This document shows, one piece after another, positions 30,361 to 40,782 of a stretch of 64,000 nt of DNA; the first letter of the stretch is position 1; each line of letters begins with the position of its first letter. The notes beneath the pieces are model-generated. The model was not told the origin of the DNA, searched no databases, and was given only the letters and a program-made list of their open reading frames with translations. The position numbers were made by a program, and so were the translations under genes. This DNA is from an uncultured delta proteobacterium (GTDB taxonomy: Bacteria > Myxococcota > Myxococcia > Myxococcales > Myxococcaceae), in the NCBI GenBank assembly GCA_963776345.1, contig CAVZMH010000015.1, positions 96,001 to 160,000 of the forward strand, written 5' to 3'.

Positions 30361-31454
30361 CGGAACGCCTCCAGGGCCCGGTCGATGGCGAAGCCGAGCA
30401 GCTCCTCGGAGAGCGCCGGCTCGATCGCCCCGCGCCCGATGCCCTCCAGGACGACGTAGCGGATCTTCCCCGCGCTCGCCTTCTTGTCCCGCCCGAGCGC
30501 GGCCCGGACCTGGTCGCGAGCCGGCCGGGGCACCGCCGGAGGCGCCGGAAAGCGCTCCAGCACTGCGAGCACCCGCCGCGCCTCCTCGGCCCCGAGCCGC
30601 CCCAGCCGCTCGGAGACCGCGACCGCGGCCCGCATCCCCAGCACCACCGCCTCGCCGTGGGTGAGAGGCCCGTGTCCCGTCGCCGCCTCCAGCGCGTGCC
30701 CGACGGTGTGCCCGAGGTTGAGCAGCATCCGGGGCCCGCGCTCGAGCTCGTCCTCGGAGACCAGCCGGGCCTTGAGCGCCGCGGTGCGCCCCACCACGCC
30801 CGCCCAGCCCTCGTCGTCCTCCCCTCCTCCGCCGAGGGCGGGCAGCGCGGTCTCCAGCTCGTCGAACAGCTCGCCGTCGAGCACCAGCGCGGTCTTCACC
30901 ACCTCGGCGAGGCCATTCCAGCGCTCCCGCGGCGGGAGCGTCCGGAGCGTCGAGACGTCCGCCACCACCCGGGCCGGCGGATGGAAGGCGCCGATGAGGT
31001 TCTTCCCCAGCCGGTGGTCGATCGCCACCTTCCCGCCGATGGACGAGTCCACCTGCGCGAGCAGCGTGGTCGGCGCGTGCACCAGCCGCATCCCGCGGTG
31101 GAAGGTCGCCGCGACGAAGCCCGCCAGGTCGCCGACCACGCCGCCACCGAGCGCGAGCACCGTGTCCGCGCGGCCGAAGCCCGACTCGATGAGCTGCGTC
31201 CAGAGCGCGTCGGCCCGGGCCAGCGTCTTGCTTCCCTCGCCCGGCGGGATCTCCAGCAGCACCACCTCGAGTCCGGCGCGGGCGAGGTCCTCCCGCACCC
31301 GCTCTCCCCAGAGCGGCCGGACGTTGGAGTCGGTGACCACCGCCACCCGGGCGCCCGGGCCCGCGCTGGCGAGGTCCTCCGCCAGCCCCCCGAGCAGCCC
31401 CGGGCCGATGTCGACGAAGTAGCTCCCCGAGCGCGAGTTGACCGTCACCCTCAC
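30357..31454 (-). CDS. aroB: 3-dehydroquinate synthase
   Basis: GEGSKT, ALGGGVVGDLAGFVAA, PTTLLAQVDSSIGGK, GKNLIGAFH, LNLGHTVGHALE, HGEAV. Confidence 0.97.
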   Translation of the reverse strand: MRVTVNSRSGSYFVDIGPGLLGGLAEDLASAGPGARVAVVTDSNVRPLWGERVREDLARAGLEVVLLEIPPGEGSKTLARADALWTQLIESGFGRADTVLALGGGVVGDLAGFVAATFHRGMRLVHAPTTLLAQVDSSIGGKVAIDHRLGKNLIGAFHPPARVVADVSTLRTLPPRERWNGLAEVVKTALVLDGELFDELETALPALGGGGEDDEGWAGVVGRTAALKARLVSEDELERGPRMLLNLGHTVGHALEAATGHGPLTHGEAVVLGMRAAVAVSERLGRLGAEEARRVLAVLERFPAPPAVPRPARDQVRAALGRDKKASAGKIRYVVLEGIGRGAIEPALSEELLGFAIDRALEAFR

Positions 31455-33181
31455 GGCGCCGCCCCGGGCCGGAAGAGCGGGCCCTGCAGCGAGCGCAGGA
31501 GCCCCACCAGCGCGCCGGCCACGGCGTCCAGCCCGAGCCCACCGGTGTCCAGCGTCAGGTCCGCGCGACGGTAGAGGTGACGCCGTTCGCGGAGGAGCGC
31601 GTCCAGCGCGGCGCCGGCGTCTCCGGCCAGGAGCGGCCGGAGCGAGGTCTCGCTGCCCAGGCGCCCGAGGAGCGTCTCCCTCGAGGCGGTGAGACCGAGC
31701 ACCACCCCGCTGCTCCGCATCGTGCGCCACGCGGCGTCCCCCAGCACCACCCCGCCGCCCGTGGCGACCACCGCCGCCGGCCCCTTCGCCGCCGAGCCCA
31801 CCGCCTCCGCCTCCAGCGCGCGGAACCTCGGCTCGCCCTCGGCCCGGAACACCTCGGCCACCGACTTGCCGGCGCGCTCTTCCACCAGCGCATCGAGGTC
31901 GAGGAAGGGCAGCCCGAGGAGCACCGCCAGCCGACGGCCGGCCTCGGTCTTCCCCGCCCCCATCGGCCCCACGAGCCACACGTGACCGGGCCGGGTCCGG
32001 GGCGCGAGCCGAAGCCTGGCGAACGCCGGCCGCAGCCCATCCATGGTGTCGCCGCCGAGCGCCTCGAGCAGCGCGTCCGCCAGGGCGAGCGACAGGACGG
32101 CCTCGGTCACCACGCCCGCGGCGGGCACCGCGCAGGTGTCGCTCCGCTCGACGTGGGCCGGGACCAGCTCCAGCGAGCCCAGGTGAACCGAGGGCAGCGC
32201 CGCCGGGACGGTGGCGATGGGCTTCATCACCGCCCGGAGCACCACCGGCTCGCCGTTGGTGATTCCGCCCTCGAGCCCGCCCGCGTGGTTGCTGGTCCGC
32301 CCGAGCCGGTCGGCCTCCAGGACGATGGGGTCGTGCGTCTCGCTGCCGTACGCGCGGCCACCCCGGATGCCGTCGCCGATCTCCACCGCCTTGATGGCCT
32401 GGATGGAGAGGAGCGCGCCGCCGAGCCGCCCGTCGAGCTTCCGGTCCGCCTGCACGTGCGAGCCGAGCCCGGGCGGCACGCCGGTGGCCACCACCTCGAT
32501 GACCCCGCCGATGGTGTCGCGCCGGCGCTGGGCCTCCCGGATGGCCTCCACCAGGCGCTCGGAGCCGGCGGCGGTCAGCGCGCGGGTCTCGGTCTCGTCG
32601 GCCCGGAGGGCGAGCGCCTCGGCATCCTCGCGCAGCAGCTCGGGCGCGACATCCGCGGCGGCGTCGGCCTCGGCGGGACCGATGCTCCGCACGTAGCTCC
32701 CCACCTGGATGCCCAGCTCGCGGAGGAGCGCCCGGGCCGCGGCGCCCAGCGCCACCCGCATCGCCGTCTCGCGCGCCGAGGCTCGCTCCAGGATGTCGCG
32801 GAGATCTGCGGTTCGGCCGTACTTCAGCGCCCCGGCGAGGTCGGTGTGCCCGGGCCGCGGCACCTGAACCGGCCGCGGGTCGGGACCGCCCGGGGCCGGG
32901 CTCATCCGCTCGGTCCAGTTCTCCCAGTCGCGATTCTCGATCAGCAGCCCCAGCGGCGACCCGAGCGTCTCTCCGAAGCGGACGCCGGCCAGGATCCGCG
33001 CCGCGTCCTGCTCGATGCGCATCCGCCCTCCCCGCCCGTACCCCTTCTGGCGGCGGGCGAGGTCGCGATCGATGAGCGCCGCGGTGAGGGGAAGCCCCGC
33101 CGGCAGTCCCTCCAGGATGCCGAGCAGCGCCGGACCATGGCTCTCGCCGGCGGTGAGCGCCCGGAGCCGCCGGAGCGTCAT
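31451..33181 (-). CDS. aroC: Chorismate synthase fused to shikimate kinase (AroC-AroK)
   Basis: TAGESHG, RRQKGYGRGGRM, PRPGHTDL, ERASARETA, NHAGGLEGGITNG, ERSD; then in frame LVGPMGAGKT, GEPRFRALE, ATGGG, RPLL. Confidence 0.94.
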   Translation of the reverse strand: MTLRRLRALTAGESHGPALLGILEGLPAGLPLTAALIDRDLARRQKGYGRGGRMRIEQDAARILAGVRFGETLGSPLGLLIENRDWENWTERMSPAPGGPDPRPVQVPRPGHTDLAGALKYGRTADLRDILERASARETAMRVALGAAARALLRELGIQVGSYVRSIGPAEADAAADVAPELLREDAEALALRADETETRALTAAGSERLVEAIREAQRRRDTIGGVIEVVATGVPPGLGSHVQADRKLDGRLGGALLSIQAIKAVEIGDGIRGGRAYGSETHDPIVLEADRLGRTSNHAGGLEGGITNGEPVVLRAVMKPIATVPAALPSVHLGSLELVPAHVERSDTCAVPAAGVVTEAVLSLALADALLEALGGDTMDGLRPAFARLRLAPRTRPGHVWLVGPMGAGKTEAGRRLAVLLGLPFLDLDALVEERAGKSVAEVFRAEGEPRFRALEAEAVGSAAKGPAAVVATGGGVVLGDAAWRTMRSSGVVLGLTASRETLLGRLGSETSLRPLLAGDAGAALDALLRERRHLYRRADLTLDTGGLGLDAVAGALVGLLRSLQGPLFRPGAAP

Positions 33182-34005
33182 CCGGCCTCCGCCAGGTGCG
33201 CGTGGAGCGCAAGAACCACCGGGGCGCCGACCTCGGCGCCCGTCCAGAGCCGGAGCTGGGCGAGCCCCTGGAAGACCAGCATCCAGAGCCCGTCCACGGT
33301 GCGCGCTCCCGCCTGTTCTGCATCCCGCAGCAGACGCGTCCGCAGCGGGCGGTAGACCATGTCCATGACCGTCAGCTGGTCGTGTAGCACGCAGCCGGGG
33401 GGCAGCGGGGAGTCCTCCGGCGCGTCGAGGCCCACCGAGGTCGCCTGGAGCACGACGTCGACGATCGGGAGCACCGGGGCGAGCGCGTCGGCGGTCAACG
33501 GGACCGCTTCTCCATCGAACGCGCTCGCCAGCTCCAGCGCCCGCGTGGGGTGCCGGTTGGCGATCCACAGCCTGCCCGCGCCCGCCTCCCGCGCCGCGGC
33601 GGCCGCGGCCCTGGCCCCCCCACCTGCGCCGAGCAGCAGGACGCTCGTCCCGGCGAGCGAGACCCCGTGATGGGAGAGCGCCTGGAGCACCCCCTCGACG
33701 TCGGTGTTGTGGGCGGTCAGCCGCCCGTCGCCGCCCCGGACGATGCAGTTCGCCGCCCCGGTGCGCGCGGCCCGCGGGTCGGACCGGTCCGCCAGGACGA
33801 GCGCGTCGTGTTTGTGGGGGATGGTGACCGACAGCCCGTCCCAGCGTCCCGCCCGCGCCTCCTCGAGGACCCCGGCCAACGCCTCGGCGGGCACGCGGAC
33901 GGCCTCGTAGGTCAGGGTGAGCCCGAGGCGCCCTGCGAGCCAGCGGAACATCCGCGGCGAGGCGGAGTGCGCGATCGGATCTCCGATGACTGCGTAGCGC
34001 GGCAC
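33178..34005 (-). CDS. aroE: Shikimate dehydrogenase
   Basis: GDPIAHSASP, SVTIPHK, AANC, HNTDVEG, LGAGGGARA, DMVYRP, GLWMLVFQG. Confidence 0.95.
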   Translation of the reverse strand: MPRYAVIGDPIAHSASPRMFRWLAGRLGLTLTYEAVRVPAEALAGVLEEARAGRWDGLSVTIPHKHDALVLADRSDPRAARTGAANCIVRGGDGRLTAHNTDVEGVLQALSHHGVSLAGTSVLLLGAGGGARAAAAAAREAGAGRLWIANRHPTRALELASAFDGEAVPLTADALAPVLPIVDVVLQATSVGLDAPEDSPLPPGCVLHDQLTVMDMVYRPLRTRLLRDAEQAGARTVDGLWMLVFQGLAQLRLWTGAEVGAPVVLALHAHLAEAG

Positions 34006-34106
34006 GGCCGAGCGAGCCCCCTTTCTCTCCACGAGCGGCCTGCCGGGCGCCGCCCCGGGGCGACTGTACCGCCTCGCGGGTCCCGGTCCGTCCTAGCGTC
34101 TCCCGG

Positions 34107-34724
34107 ATGCGCGACCTCGTTCTTTATGGGAACCATGGCTCGGGACACTCCTTCAAGGTCCGGCTCTTCCTGACGCTGGCCGGGATCCCCCACCGCTACG
34201 TCTGGGTCGACCTGGAGCTCCCGCGGCCGGAGCGACCGGAGGAGTTCCGGCGGGTGAGCCAGTTCGGCGAGGTGCCGGTGCTGGTGGTCGACGGCAAGCC
34301 GCAGGCCCAGTCGAACGCCATCCTCCTGCGGCTGGCGCGCGAGACGGGGAAGTTCGGCCCGCCGCCGGGGAGCAGCTGGGAGCAGCTCACGACCTGGCTG
34401 TTCTGGGAGGCCAACCGCATCGGGTTCTCGATGGCCAACCTGCGCTGGCACCACCGGTACGACCTGACCGCGCCAGCCGGGGCGCTCGCCTGGATCGAAT
34501 CCCGGGCGCTGGCGGACATGGATCGGCTGGACCAGGAGCTCACGGGCCGACCCTTCCTCGCCGGGGATGCGCCGAGCATCGCGGACCTCTCGGCCTCGGC
34601 GTACGTCTTCCTCGCGCCGGAGGCCGGGATCGAGCCTGCGCGCTGGCCGCCGGTGGCCGCCTGGCTCGACCGCATCCGCGCGCTCCCGGGCTGGGTCGAG
34701 CAGTACGCGCTGATGGCCCGCTGA
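34107..34724 (+). CDS. Glutathione S-transferase family protein
   Basis: SGHSFKVRLFL, GEVPVL, QSNAILLRLA, FLAGDAPSIADL, WLDRIRALPGW. Confidence 0.92.
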   Translation: MRDLVLYGNHGSGHSFKVRLFLTLAGIPHRYVWVDLELPRPERPEEFRRVSQFGEVPVLVVDGKPQAQSNAILLRLARETGKFGPPPGSSWEQLTTWLFWEANRIGFSMANLRWHHRYDLTAPAGALAWIESRALADMDRLDQELTGRPFLAGDAPSIADLSASAYVFLAPEAGIEPARWPPVAAWLDRIRALPGWVEQYALMAR

Positions 34725-34731
34725 GCCCGCG

Positions 34732-35625
34732 TCAGGCGAAGGTGAACCCCTCGGCCAGGCTGCGGAAGGCCGTCGCCGCCGGGCCGAGGCGCCGCGCCTT
34801 CCACCGGATCCAGGAGAGCGTCCGCCGGAGCGCGAAGTCCTGGACCTCGAGCGTCCTCAGCCGCCCGAGCTGAAGCTCGTCCCGCACCGCCCGGGCGGAG
34901 AGAAGCGCCCAGCCGACGCCGGAGGACACCAGGCCCTTGATCGCCTCGGTGCTGTTCACCTCGAACACGCGCCGGGGGGTCCAGCGGCGGCGGCGGAGCG
35001 CGGAGAGCATCACCTCCCGGGTCCCGGCCCCCTCCTCGCGGAGGAGGAGCAGCTCCTCCATCAGCTGCGGACCGGTCACCCGCCGGGTCCGGGCCAGCGG
35101 ATGACCGGGGGCCACCACCACCACCAGCTCGTCGTCACGCCAGGGCCGGACCTCCAGCCGGCCGTCCTGGACCGGCCCCTCGACCAGTCCCAGCTCCACC
35201 TCGTGCTCCAGCACCGCTCCGATGACGGTGCGGGCATTGGCAGACAGGAGCTGGAGGTCGATGCCGGGGTGGGCCCGGTACAGCTCGCCCAGGACGGGCG
35301 GAAGGAAGTACGCCGCGAGGGTGGTGCTGGCCCCGACCCGGAGCACGCCGCGGCGGAGTCCCCGGAGCGACTCCAGCCGCTCCTCCGCCGCGCGCTCCTC
35401 GGCGAACAGGGCCCGTGCGTGCTCCGCGACGGCCGCGCCCGCCTCGGTGAGCACCACCCCCGACGGGGACCGGACCAGGAGCTGGGCTCCGCTCTGCTGT
35501 TCCAGGAGCCGTACCGCCTTGGAGATCGCCGGCTGGCTCACCCCGGTCATCCGCGCCGCCCGGGAGAAGCCACGGTGGGTGACGACCGCCAGGAAGAGAC
35601 GGAGGGAGTTCAGGTTCAGGGCCAT
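34732..35625 (-). CDS. LysR family transcriptional regulator (CysL-like)
   Basis: FSRAARMTGVSQPAISKAVRLLE, LTEAG, VGASTT, GLVEG, REEGAGTRE, STEAIK. Confidence 0.93.
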   Translation of the reverse strand: MALNLNSLRLFLAVVTHRGFSRAARMTGVSQPAISKAVRLLEQQSGAQLLVRSPSGVVLTEAGAAVAEHARALFAEERAAEERLESLRGLRRGVLRVGASTTLAAYFLPPVLGELYRAHPGIDLQLLSANARTVIGAVLEHEVELGLVEGPVQDGRLEVRPWRDDELVVVVAPGHPLARTRRVTGPQLMEELLLLREEGAGTREVMLSALRRRRWTPRRVFEVNSTEAIKGLVSSGVGWALLSARAVRDELQLGRLRTLEVQDFALRRTLSWIRWKARRLGPAATAFRSLAEGFTFA

Positions 35626-35678
35626 TCCTCGAGGTTATCGAGGAAGGCACCACGATTCTCCAGCTCGCCCGGGGCAGC

Positions 35679-36995
35679 TCAGGAGAGAGCCCCGCTGGCG
35701 CCGCCGAGCGCCGCGAAGAAGCCGGGGTAAGAGATGTCCGCCCACTCGGCGCCCTCGACCTCCGTCTCTCCGTCCGCGACCAGCCCGGCGATGGCGAAGG
35801 ACATCGCGATGCGGTGGTCGTGCGCGGAGTCGATGGCCGCCGCCCGGAGCCGCGTGGGGCCACGCAGCACGAAGCCGTCGTCGAGCTCGTCGATGTCGGC
35901 GCCCATCCCCCGGAGCCCGAGCACCAGCTGCCGGAGCCGGTCGGACTCCTTCACCCGCAGCTCCCGCGCGCCGGTGAGCCGCGTCTCTCCGGTGGCCTGG
36001 CTCGCCACCACCGCCAGGAGCGGCACCTCGTCGAGCAGCGAGGGAACCTCGTCGGGGAGGATCTCGGTGCCGCGGAGGGACTGGCCGCCGCGGACCCGGA
36101 GCGTGGCCACCGGATCGCCGGCGCGGGACGGCTCTGGCTCCAGCTCGACGTGCGCCCCCATGCGCTCGAGCACCGACAGGAAGCCGATCCGCGTGGGATT
36201 CACGTCCACCCCGCGCACCACGACGCTCGCCCCCGGCACGAGCAGGCCCGCCCCGACCCAGAACGCCCCCGAGGACGGGTCGCCGGGCACCTCGAGCACC
36301 CTGGGCAGCACCAGCGGCTGGAGGAGACGGGTGACCACCACCTCGCCGGCCTCCACCCGAACCGGCGCACCCCAGGCGGCGAGCATGCGCTCGGTGTGGT
36401 CGCGCGACGGCTCGGGCTCGCGGACCCGCGTCTCGCCGTCGGCGGCCAGCCCGGCGAGGACCAGCGCGCTCTTCACCTGTGCGCTGGCGATGGGGAGCCG
36501 ATGCGCCATGCCGGTCAGGGTCGGCACGGGCTCGACCCGGAGCGGAGCCCACTCGTCCTCCGGTCCGCCCTGCCCCTCCATCCGCGCGCCCATCGCCCGG
36601 AGCGGCAGGAGCACCCGGCGCATCGGCCGGCGGCGGAGCGAGGCATCACCGTCGAGGGTGCAGGAGATCCGCGCCCCGGCGACCAGCCCGAGCAGGAGCC
36701 GCATCGTCGTCCCGCTGTTCCCGCAGTCCAGCGGACCGGCAGGCGAGAGGAACCCGGCCGGTCCAACGCCGCGCACCACCAGCGGCGCCGCGCCGGCGCC
36801 TCCAGTGATGCTCACCCCCAGCGCGCGGAGACAGGCCGCAGTCGAGCGCACGTCCGCACCCGGCGCGAGGTTGCGGACCTCCATCGGCGCCGCACCCAGC
36901 GCGCCGAAGAGCAGCGCGCGGTGGGAGATGGACTTGTCGCCGGGGGCGAGGACATCCGCCTCCAGGCGCGCCGCACGGCGAACGCGGACCCGCAC
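35679..36995 (-). CDS. aroA: 3-phosphoshikimate 1-carboxyvinyltransferase (class II EPSP synthase)
   Basis: PGDKSISHRA, DCGNSGTTMRL, SAQVKSA, SRDHTERML, PGDPSSGAF, ELRVKESDR, DHRIAM. Confidence 0.98.
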   Translation of the reverse strand: MRVRVRRAARLEADVLAPGDKSISHRALLFGALGAAPMEVRNLAPGADVRSTAACLRALGVSITGGAGAAPLVVRGVGPAGFLSPAGPLDCGNSGTTMRLLLGLVAGARISCTLDGDASLRRRPMRRVLLPLRAMGARMEGQGGPEDEWAPLRVEPVPTLTGMAHRLPIASAQVKSALVLAGLAADGETRVREPEPSRDHTERMLAAWGAPVRVEAGEVVVTRLLQPLVLPRVLEVPGDPSSGAFWVGAGLLVPGASVVVRGVDVNPTRIGFLSVLERMGAHVELEPEPSRAGDPVATLRVRGGQSLRGTEILPDEVPSLLDEVPLLAVVASQATGETRLTGARELRVKESDRLRQLVLGLRGMGADIDELDDGFVLRGPTRLRAAAIDSAHDHRIAMSFAIAGLVADGETEVEGAEWADISYPGFFAALGGASGALS

Positions 36996-36996
36996 G

Positions 36997-38025
36997 TCAG
37001 GCCACGGCCGCCTGCACGGACCGGCCGATCGCCGCCGCCACCGCGCGCACGCCGGTCATGAGGTCCTTGAACTCGGCGAAGGTGAGCGACTGCGCGCCGT
37101 CCGAGAGAGCGCGCGCCGGATCCGGATGGACCTCGATCAGCAGCCCATCCGCTCCCGCCGCGACCGCCGCTCGGGCCACCGCGGCGATGCCGTGGCGGAC
37201 GCCGACGCCGTGCGACGGATCGGCGAAGACCGGAAGATGCGAGAGCCTCTTCAGCATCGGGATGGCGTTGATGTCGAAGGTGTTGCGGGTCATCGTCTCG
37301 AACGTCCGGATGCCACGCTCGCAGAGGACGACCTGGCGGTTGCCGCGGGCCACGATGTACTCCGCGGCCATCAGCAATTCTTTGAGCGTCGCGCTCATGC
37401 CCCGCTTGAGGAGCACCGGTCGCCGCAGCTCGCCCACCGCCTCGAGCAGCGAGAAGTTCTGCATGTTGCGGGCGCCGATCTGCAGCATCTCCGCGCCCTC
37501 GGCGACCATGGCCAGGCTCTCCACGTCCTTGACCTCGGTGACCACCGGCAGTCCGGTCACCGAGCGCGCCTCGCCCAGCAGCTTCAGCCCGTCCGCCTTC
37601 AGCCCCTGGAACTCGTAGGGCGAGGTCCGCGGCTTGAACGCCCCACCTCGCAGCATCCGGGCGCCCTGGGCGCGGACCGCCTCGGCGGTGGCGACGATCT
37701 GCTCGCGGGTCTCGACCGAGCAGGGCCCGGCGGCGACCACCAGCTCGTTCCCGCCGAGGGTCAGCTCCCCCACCTGCACCAGCGTGTCCTCGGGCTTCAC
37801 CTCGCGGCTGACCAGCTTGAAGGGCTGCGAGACCGGGATGGCGTCGGCGACGCCGGGAAGCATCCGGAACGGCTCGGGGTCGACCGCGCCCTTGTTCCCG
37901 GTGATGCCCACCGCGGTGCGCTGGGCGCCGGGGATGACGTGCGGGGTGAAGCCGAGGCTGCGGATGTGCTTCTCGACGGCCTCCTGCTGCTCGGGAGTGA
38001 CGTCTGGCTTGAGGAGGATCAGCAT
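36997..38025 (-). CDS. aroF: DAHP synthase, type I-beta with N-terminal regulatory domain
   Basis: [64 protein letters not shown]. Confidence 0.96.
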   Translation of the reverse strand: MLILLKPDVTPEQQEAVEKHIRSLGFTPHVIPGAQRTAVGITGNKGAVDPEPFRMLPGVADAIPVSQPFKLVSREVKPEDTLVQVGELTLGGNELVVAAGPCSVETREQIVATAEAVRAQGARMLRGGAFKPRTSPYEFQGLKADGLKLLGEARSVTGLPVVTEVKDVESLAMVAEGAEMLQIGARNMQNFSLLEAVGELRRPVLLKRGMSATLKELLMAAEYIVARGNRQVVLCERGIRTFETMTRNTFDINAIPMLKRLSHLPVFADPSHGVGVRHGIAAVARAAVAAGADGLLIEVHPDPARALSDGAQSLTFAEFKDLMTGVRAVAAAIGRSVQAAVA

Positions 38026-38139
38026 GAGAGGGGGCCCACGCTGCCAGAAGGGCCGCCACCCTCGCAATGCGTCGACCGGACACGGGCCCGGGCCGCAACG
38101 CTGCACGGCGAGCGGTGTCGGACCGCCCCGGCCTGCGGG

Positions 38140-39459
38140 TCAGCGCTCGGCGACGGCCCGCGCCGGCCGGGCCCGCTCGCCGAGGCCGCGGGCGAAGTTC
38201 CCCACCCGGAGCCACGGCGCACCCTGCCGGAGCACGCGGAGCATCCGGGCGATGCCCATGGGCCGTCCCCCGGCACCGCGGTCCCGTGCCACCTCGAGGT
38301 ACTGGAGCGGGTCGATGCACAGGCTCCGGGTCTGCAGCTGGTCCACCCGGTGCCGCCGCACGAGGGCCAGGAGCGCCTCGACCTCGCCCTCCTGGTCGGT
38401 GACGCCCGGGAAGGTCAGGAGGTTGAGCGCCAGGTAAGCCCCGCGCTTGCGGGAGAGCGCGATCGACGCCTCCACGTCCTTCCAGCCGTACCTCTCGGGG
38501 CGGTAGTAGGCCTCGTAGAGGTCGGCCACCGCCGAGTTCAGCGAGACGCGGATGGAGTCCAGCCCGGCGTCGTACAGCGCGCGCAGCCCGGCGGGGAGGC
38601 TGGCGTTGGTGTTGATGTGCAGCGAGCCCGAGCGGGTCTCGGCGCGGATGCGCCGGAGGGCGTCGGCGATGATGCGCCAGCGGGTCAGCGGCTCTCCCTC
38701 GCAGCCCTGGCCGAAGCTCACCATCGCCCGCGGCCCGGCGGAGCGGAGGTGCGCCACCGCGACGCGCGCCAGCTCCTCCGCCGTCGGCCCGTCGTCCATC
38801 CGCGCGTGGGAGGCCGGCGGCCCGTCGTCGGGCTGGTCCGAGATGCAGCCCACGCAGGCCGCGTTGCACATCGTCGAGACCGGGAGCGCGCCCTCGTCCC
38901 GGCCGTAGAAGACGTTCTGGCTGGTGAAGCAGCGATAGACCAGCGCGCAGGTCTCGAGCTGCCGGAGCACGCGGTTCCCCGGGTCGGCGGAGCGCGCGCT
39001 CCGCACCAGAGACGTCAGCTCTGGGGTCGAGAAGCGCTCCGGCTCCCAGTGCGTGCGCCGGTCGGTGCGCAGCGCCCAGGCCACGGGGCCGCCCGGGGCC
39101 CAGCCCGCGGCGGTGTATGCCCACTGCGGGAGCACCGGACCGTCCGCCTTCACTTCGCCGGGGAGGAAGGTGCGCGTCCATCCGGGCGGCACCAGCGCGC
39201 CGACCGCGTGCGGGACGAAGCGCCGCCGCCCCACGTGCACCTCGGACACCAGCACCAGCTCGCCCGTGTCGGGGTCCACGCCCACCGGACGGCGACCGGG
39301 CAGATGGACCAGCCGGCCGCCCTCGGGCAGCGGGACGGGCGGCTCCGGTGGGAGCATCAGCTCGTCTGCCGACCGGACGGTCGCCAGCAGCCGCGGGTGC
39401 TCGAGGACCGTCCCGCCGGGATCGGCGACGAGCAAGGCGGGCATCCGGGGCGGCGTCAT
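38140..39459 (-). CDS. Radical SAM protein of unknown function
   Basis: CNAACVGC (CxxxCxxC), SFGQGCEGEP, HINTNAS, SIRVSLNS. Confidence 0.9.
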   Translation of the reverse strand: MTPPRMPALLVADPGGTVLEHPRLLATVRSADELMLPPEPPVPLPEGGRLVHLPGRRPVGVDPDTGELVLVSEVHVGRRRFVPHAVGALVPPGWTRTFLPGEVKADGPVLPQWAYTAAGWAPGGPVAWALRTDRRTHWEPERFSTPELTSLVRSARSADPGNRVLRQLETCALVYRCFTSQNVFYGRDEGALPVSTMCNAACVGCISDQPDDGPPASHARMDDGPTAEELARVAVAHLRSAGPRAMVSFGQGCEGEPLTRWRIIADALRRIRAETRSGSLHINTNASLPAGLRALYDAGLDSIRVSLNSAVADLYEAYYRPERYGWKDVEASIALSRKRGAYLALNLLTFPGVTDQEGEVEALLALVRRHRVDQLQTRSLCIDPLQYLEVARDRGAGGRPMGIARMLRVLRQGAPWLRVGNFARGLGERARPARAVAER

Positions 39460-39568
39460 GGCGGACGCCACATAACACCCCGCGTCGGGCTCCGCGGCGC
39501 TTGACCGGGGGGACACCCGTGTGTTCTGGCCCCCCGCGCTTCCCCAACAGCAGCGGAGGGCAGGTCCC

Positions 39569-40693
39569 GTGATCGTCGGCGTCCCCAAGGAGATCAAGGT
39601 TCGCGAGTACCGGGTCGGCATGGTCCCCGGCGCGGTGAAGGCGCTGGTCGATGCCGGGCACCAGGTGCTCGTCGAGTCGGGCGCAGGCGTGGGCTCGGGC
39701 CTGGCCGACGCAGACTACGCGCGCTCCGGTGCGCAGCTCATCTCCTCGGCGGACGAGGTCTGGAAGCGCGCCGAGATGATCGTGAAGGTCAAGGAGCCCA
39801 TCGCGCCCGAGTACGTGCGGATGCAGGACGGGCAGATCGTCTACACCTACTTCCACCTCGCCGGCGTCGACCCGGAGCTCACCAAAGTATTGGTGACGAA
39901 GAAGGTCGCCGCGGTCGCCTACGAGACCATCCAGCTCGACGACGGGAGTCTCCCCCTGCTCCGCCCGATGAGCGAGGTGGCCGGCCGCATGGCCATCCAG
40001 GTCGGCGCGATGTGCCTGGAGAAGGAGCACGGCGGCAAGGGCATCCTCCTCGGCGGCGTGCCGGGCGTGCGGCGGGGTCGCGTGGCCATCCTCGGCGGCG
40101 GCGTGGTCGGCACCAACGCGGCGAAGATCGCCGTCGGCATGGGGGCCGACGTCACCATCCTCGACATCAACCAGAACCAGCTCGCCTACCTCGACGACGT
40201 CTTCCTCGGCCGGGTGGAGGTCCTCTCCTCGGACTCGGAGACCATCGCCCGGGCGGTGCGCGAGGCCGACCTGGTGGTGGGCGGCGTGCTCATCCCCGGC
40301 GGCAAGGCGCCCAAGCTGGTCCGCGAGGACCTCATCCGCGAGATGCTGCCCGGCTCGGTGGTGGTGGACGTCGCCGTCGACCAGGGCGGCTGCATCGAGA
40401 CCTGCCGGCCCACCACCCACGACAACCCCACCTACGTGGTCCACGGGGTCGTCCACTACTGCGTGGCGAACATGCCCGGCGCCGTCCCCCAGACCTCGAC
40501 CTTCGCCCTGACCAACGTCACCCGGCCCTACGCCCGCCGCATCGCGGACCTCGGGCTGGTCGAGGCCGTCCGGCAGGACAAGTCGCTGGCCCGCGGTCTG
40601 AATACCTATGGCGGATCGGTCACTTACGAGGCCGTTGCCCGCGACCTCGGGCACCCGTACGTCCCCCTGGACCAGGCGCTGTCCGGCCGCTGA
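39569..40693 (+). CDS. ald: Alanine dehydrogenase
   Basis: [58 protein letters not shown]. Confidence 0.97.
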   Translation: MIVGVPKEIKVREYRVGMVPGAVKALVDAGHQVLVESGAGVGSGLADADYARSGAQLISSADEVWKRAEMIVKVKEPIAPEYVRMQDGQIVYTYFHLAGVDPELTKVLVTKKVAAVAYETIQLDDGSLPLLRPMSEVAGRMAIQVGAMCLEKEHGGKGILLGGVPGVRRGRVAILGGGVVGTNAAKIAVGMGADVTILDINQNQLAYLDDVFLGRVEVLSSDSETIARAVREADLVVGGVLIPGGKAPKLVREDLIREMLPGSVVVDVAVDQGGCIETCRPTTHDNPTYVVHGVVHYCVANMPGAVPQTSTFALTNVTRPYARRIADLGLVEAVRQDKSLARGLNTYGGSVTYEAVARDLGHPYVPLDQALSGR

Positions 40694-40782
40694 GCCTGGA
40701 TGGGCGGCGCTCCCGCGGGCGTCCCCCTGGTGCAGGGGGCTGCGCCGCCCCCGCTTGCTCGGCTGCTGCACGACCGAAGAGG

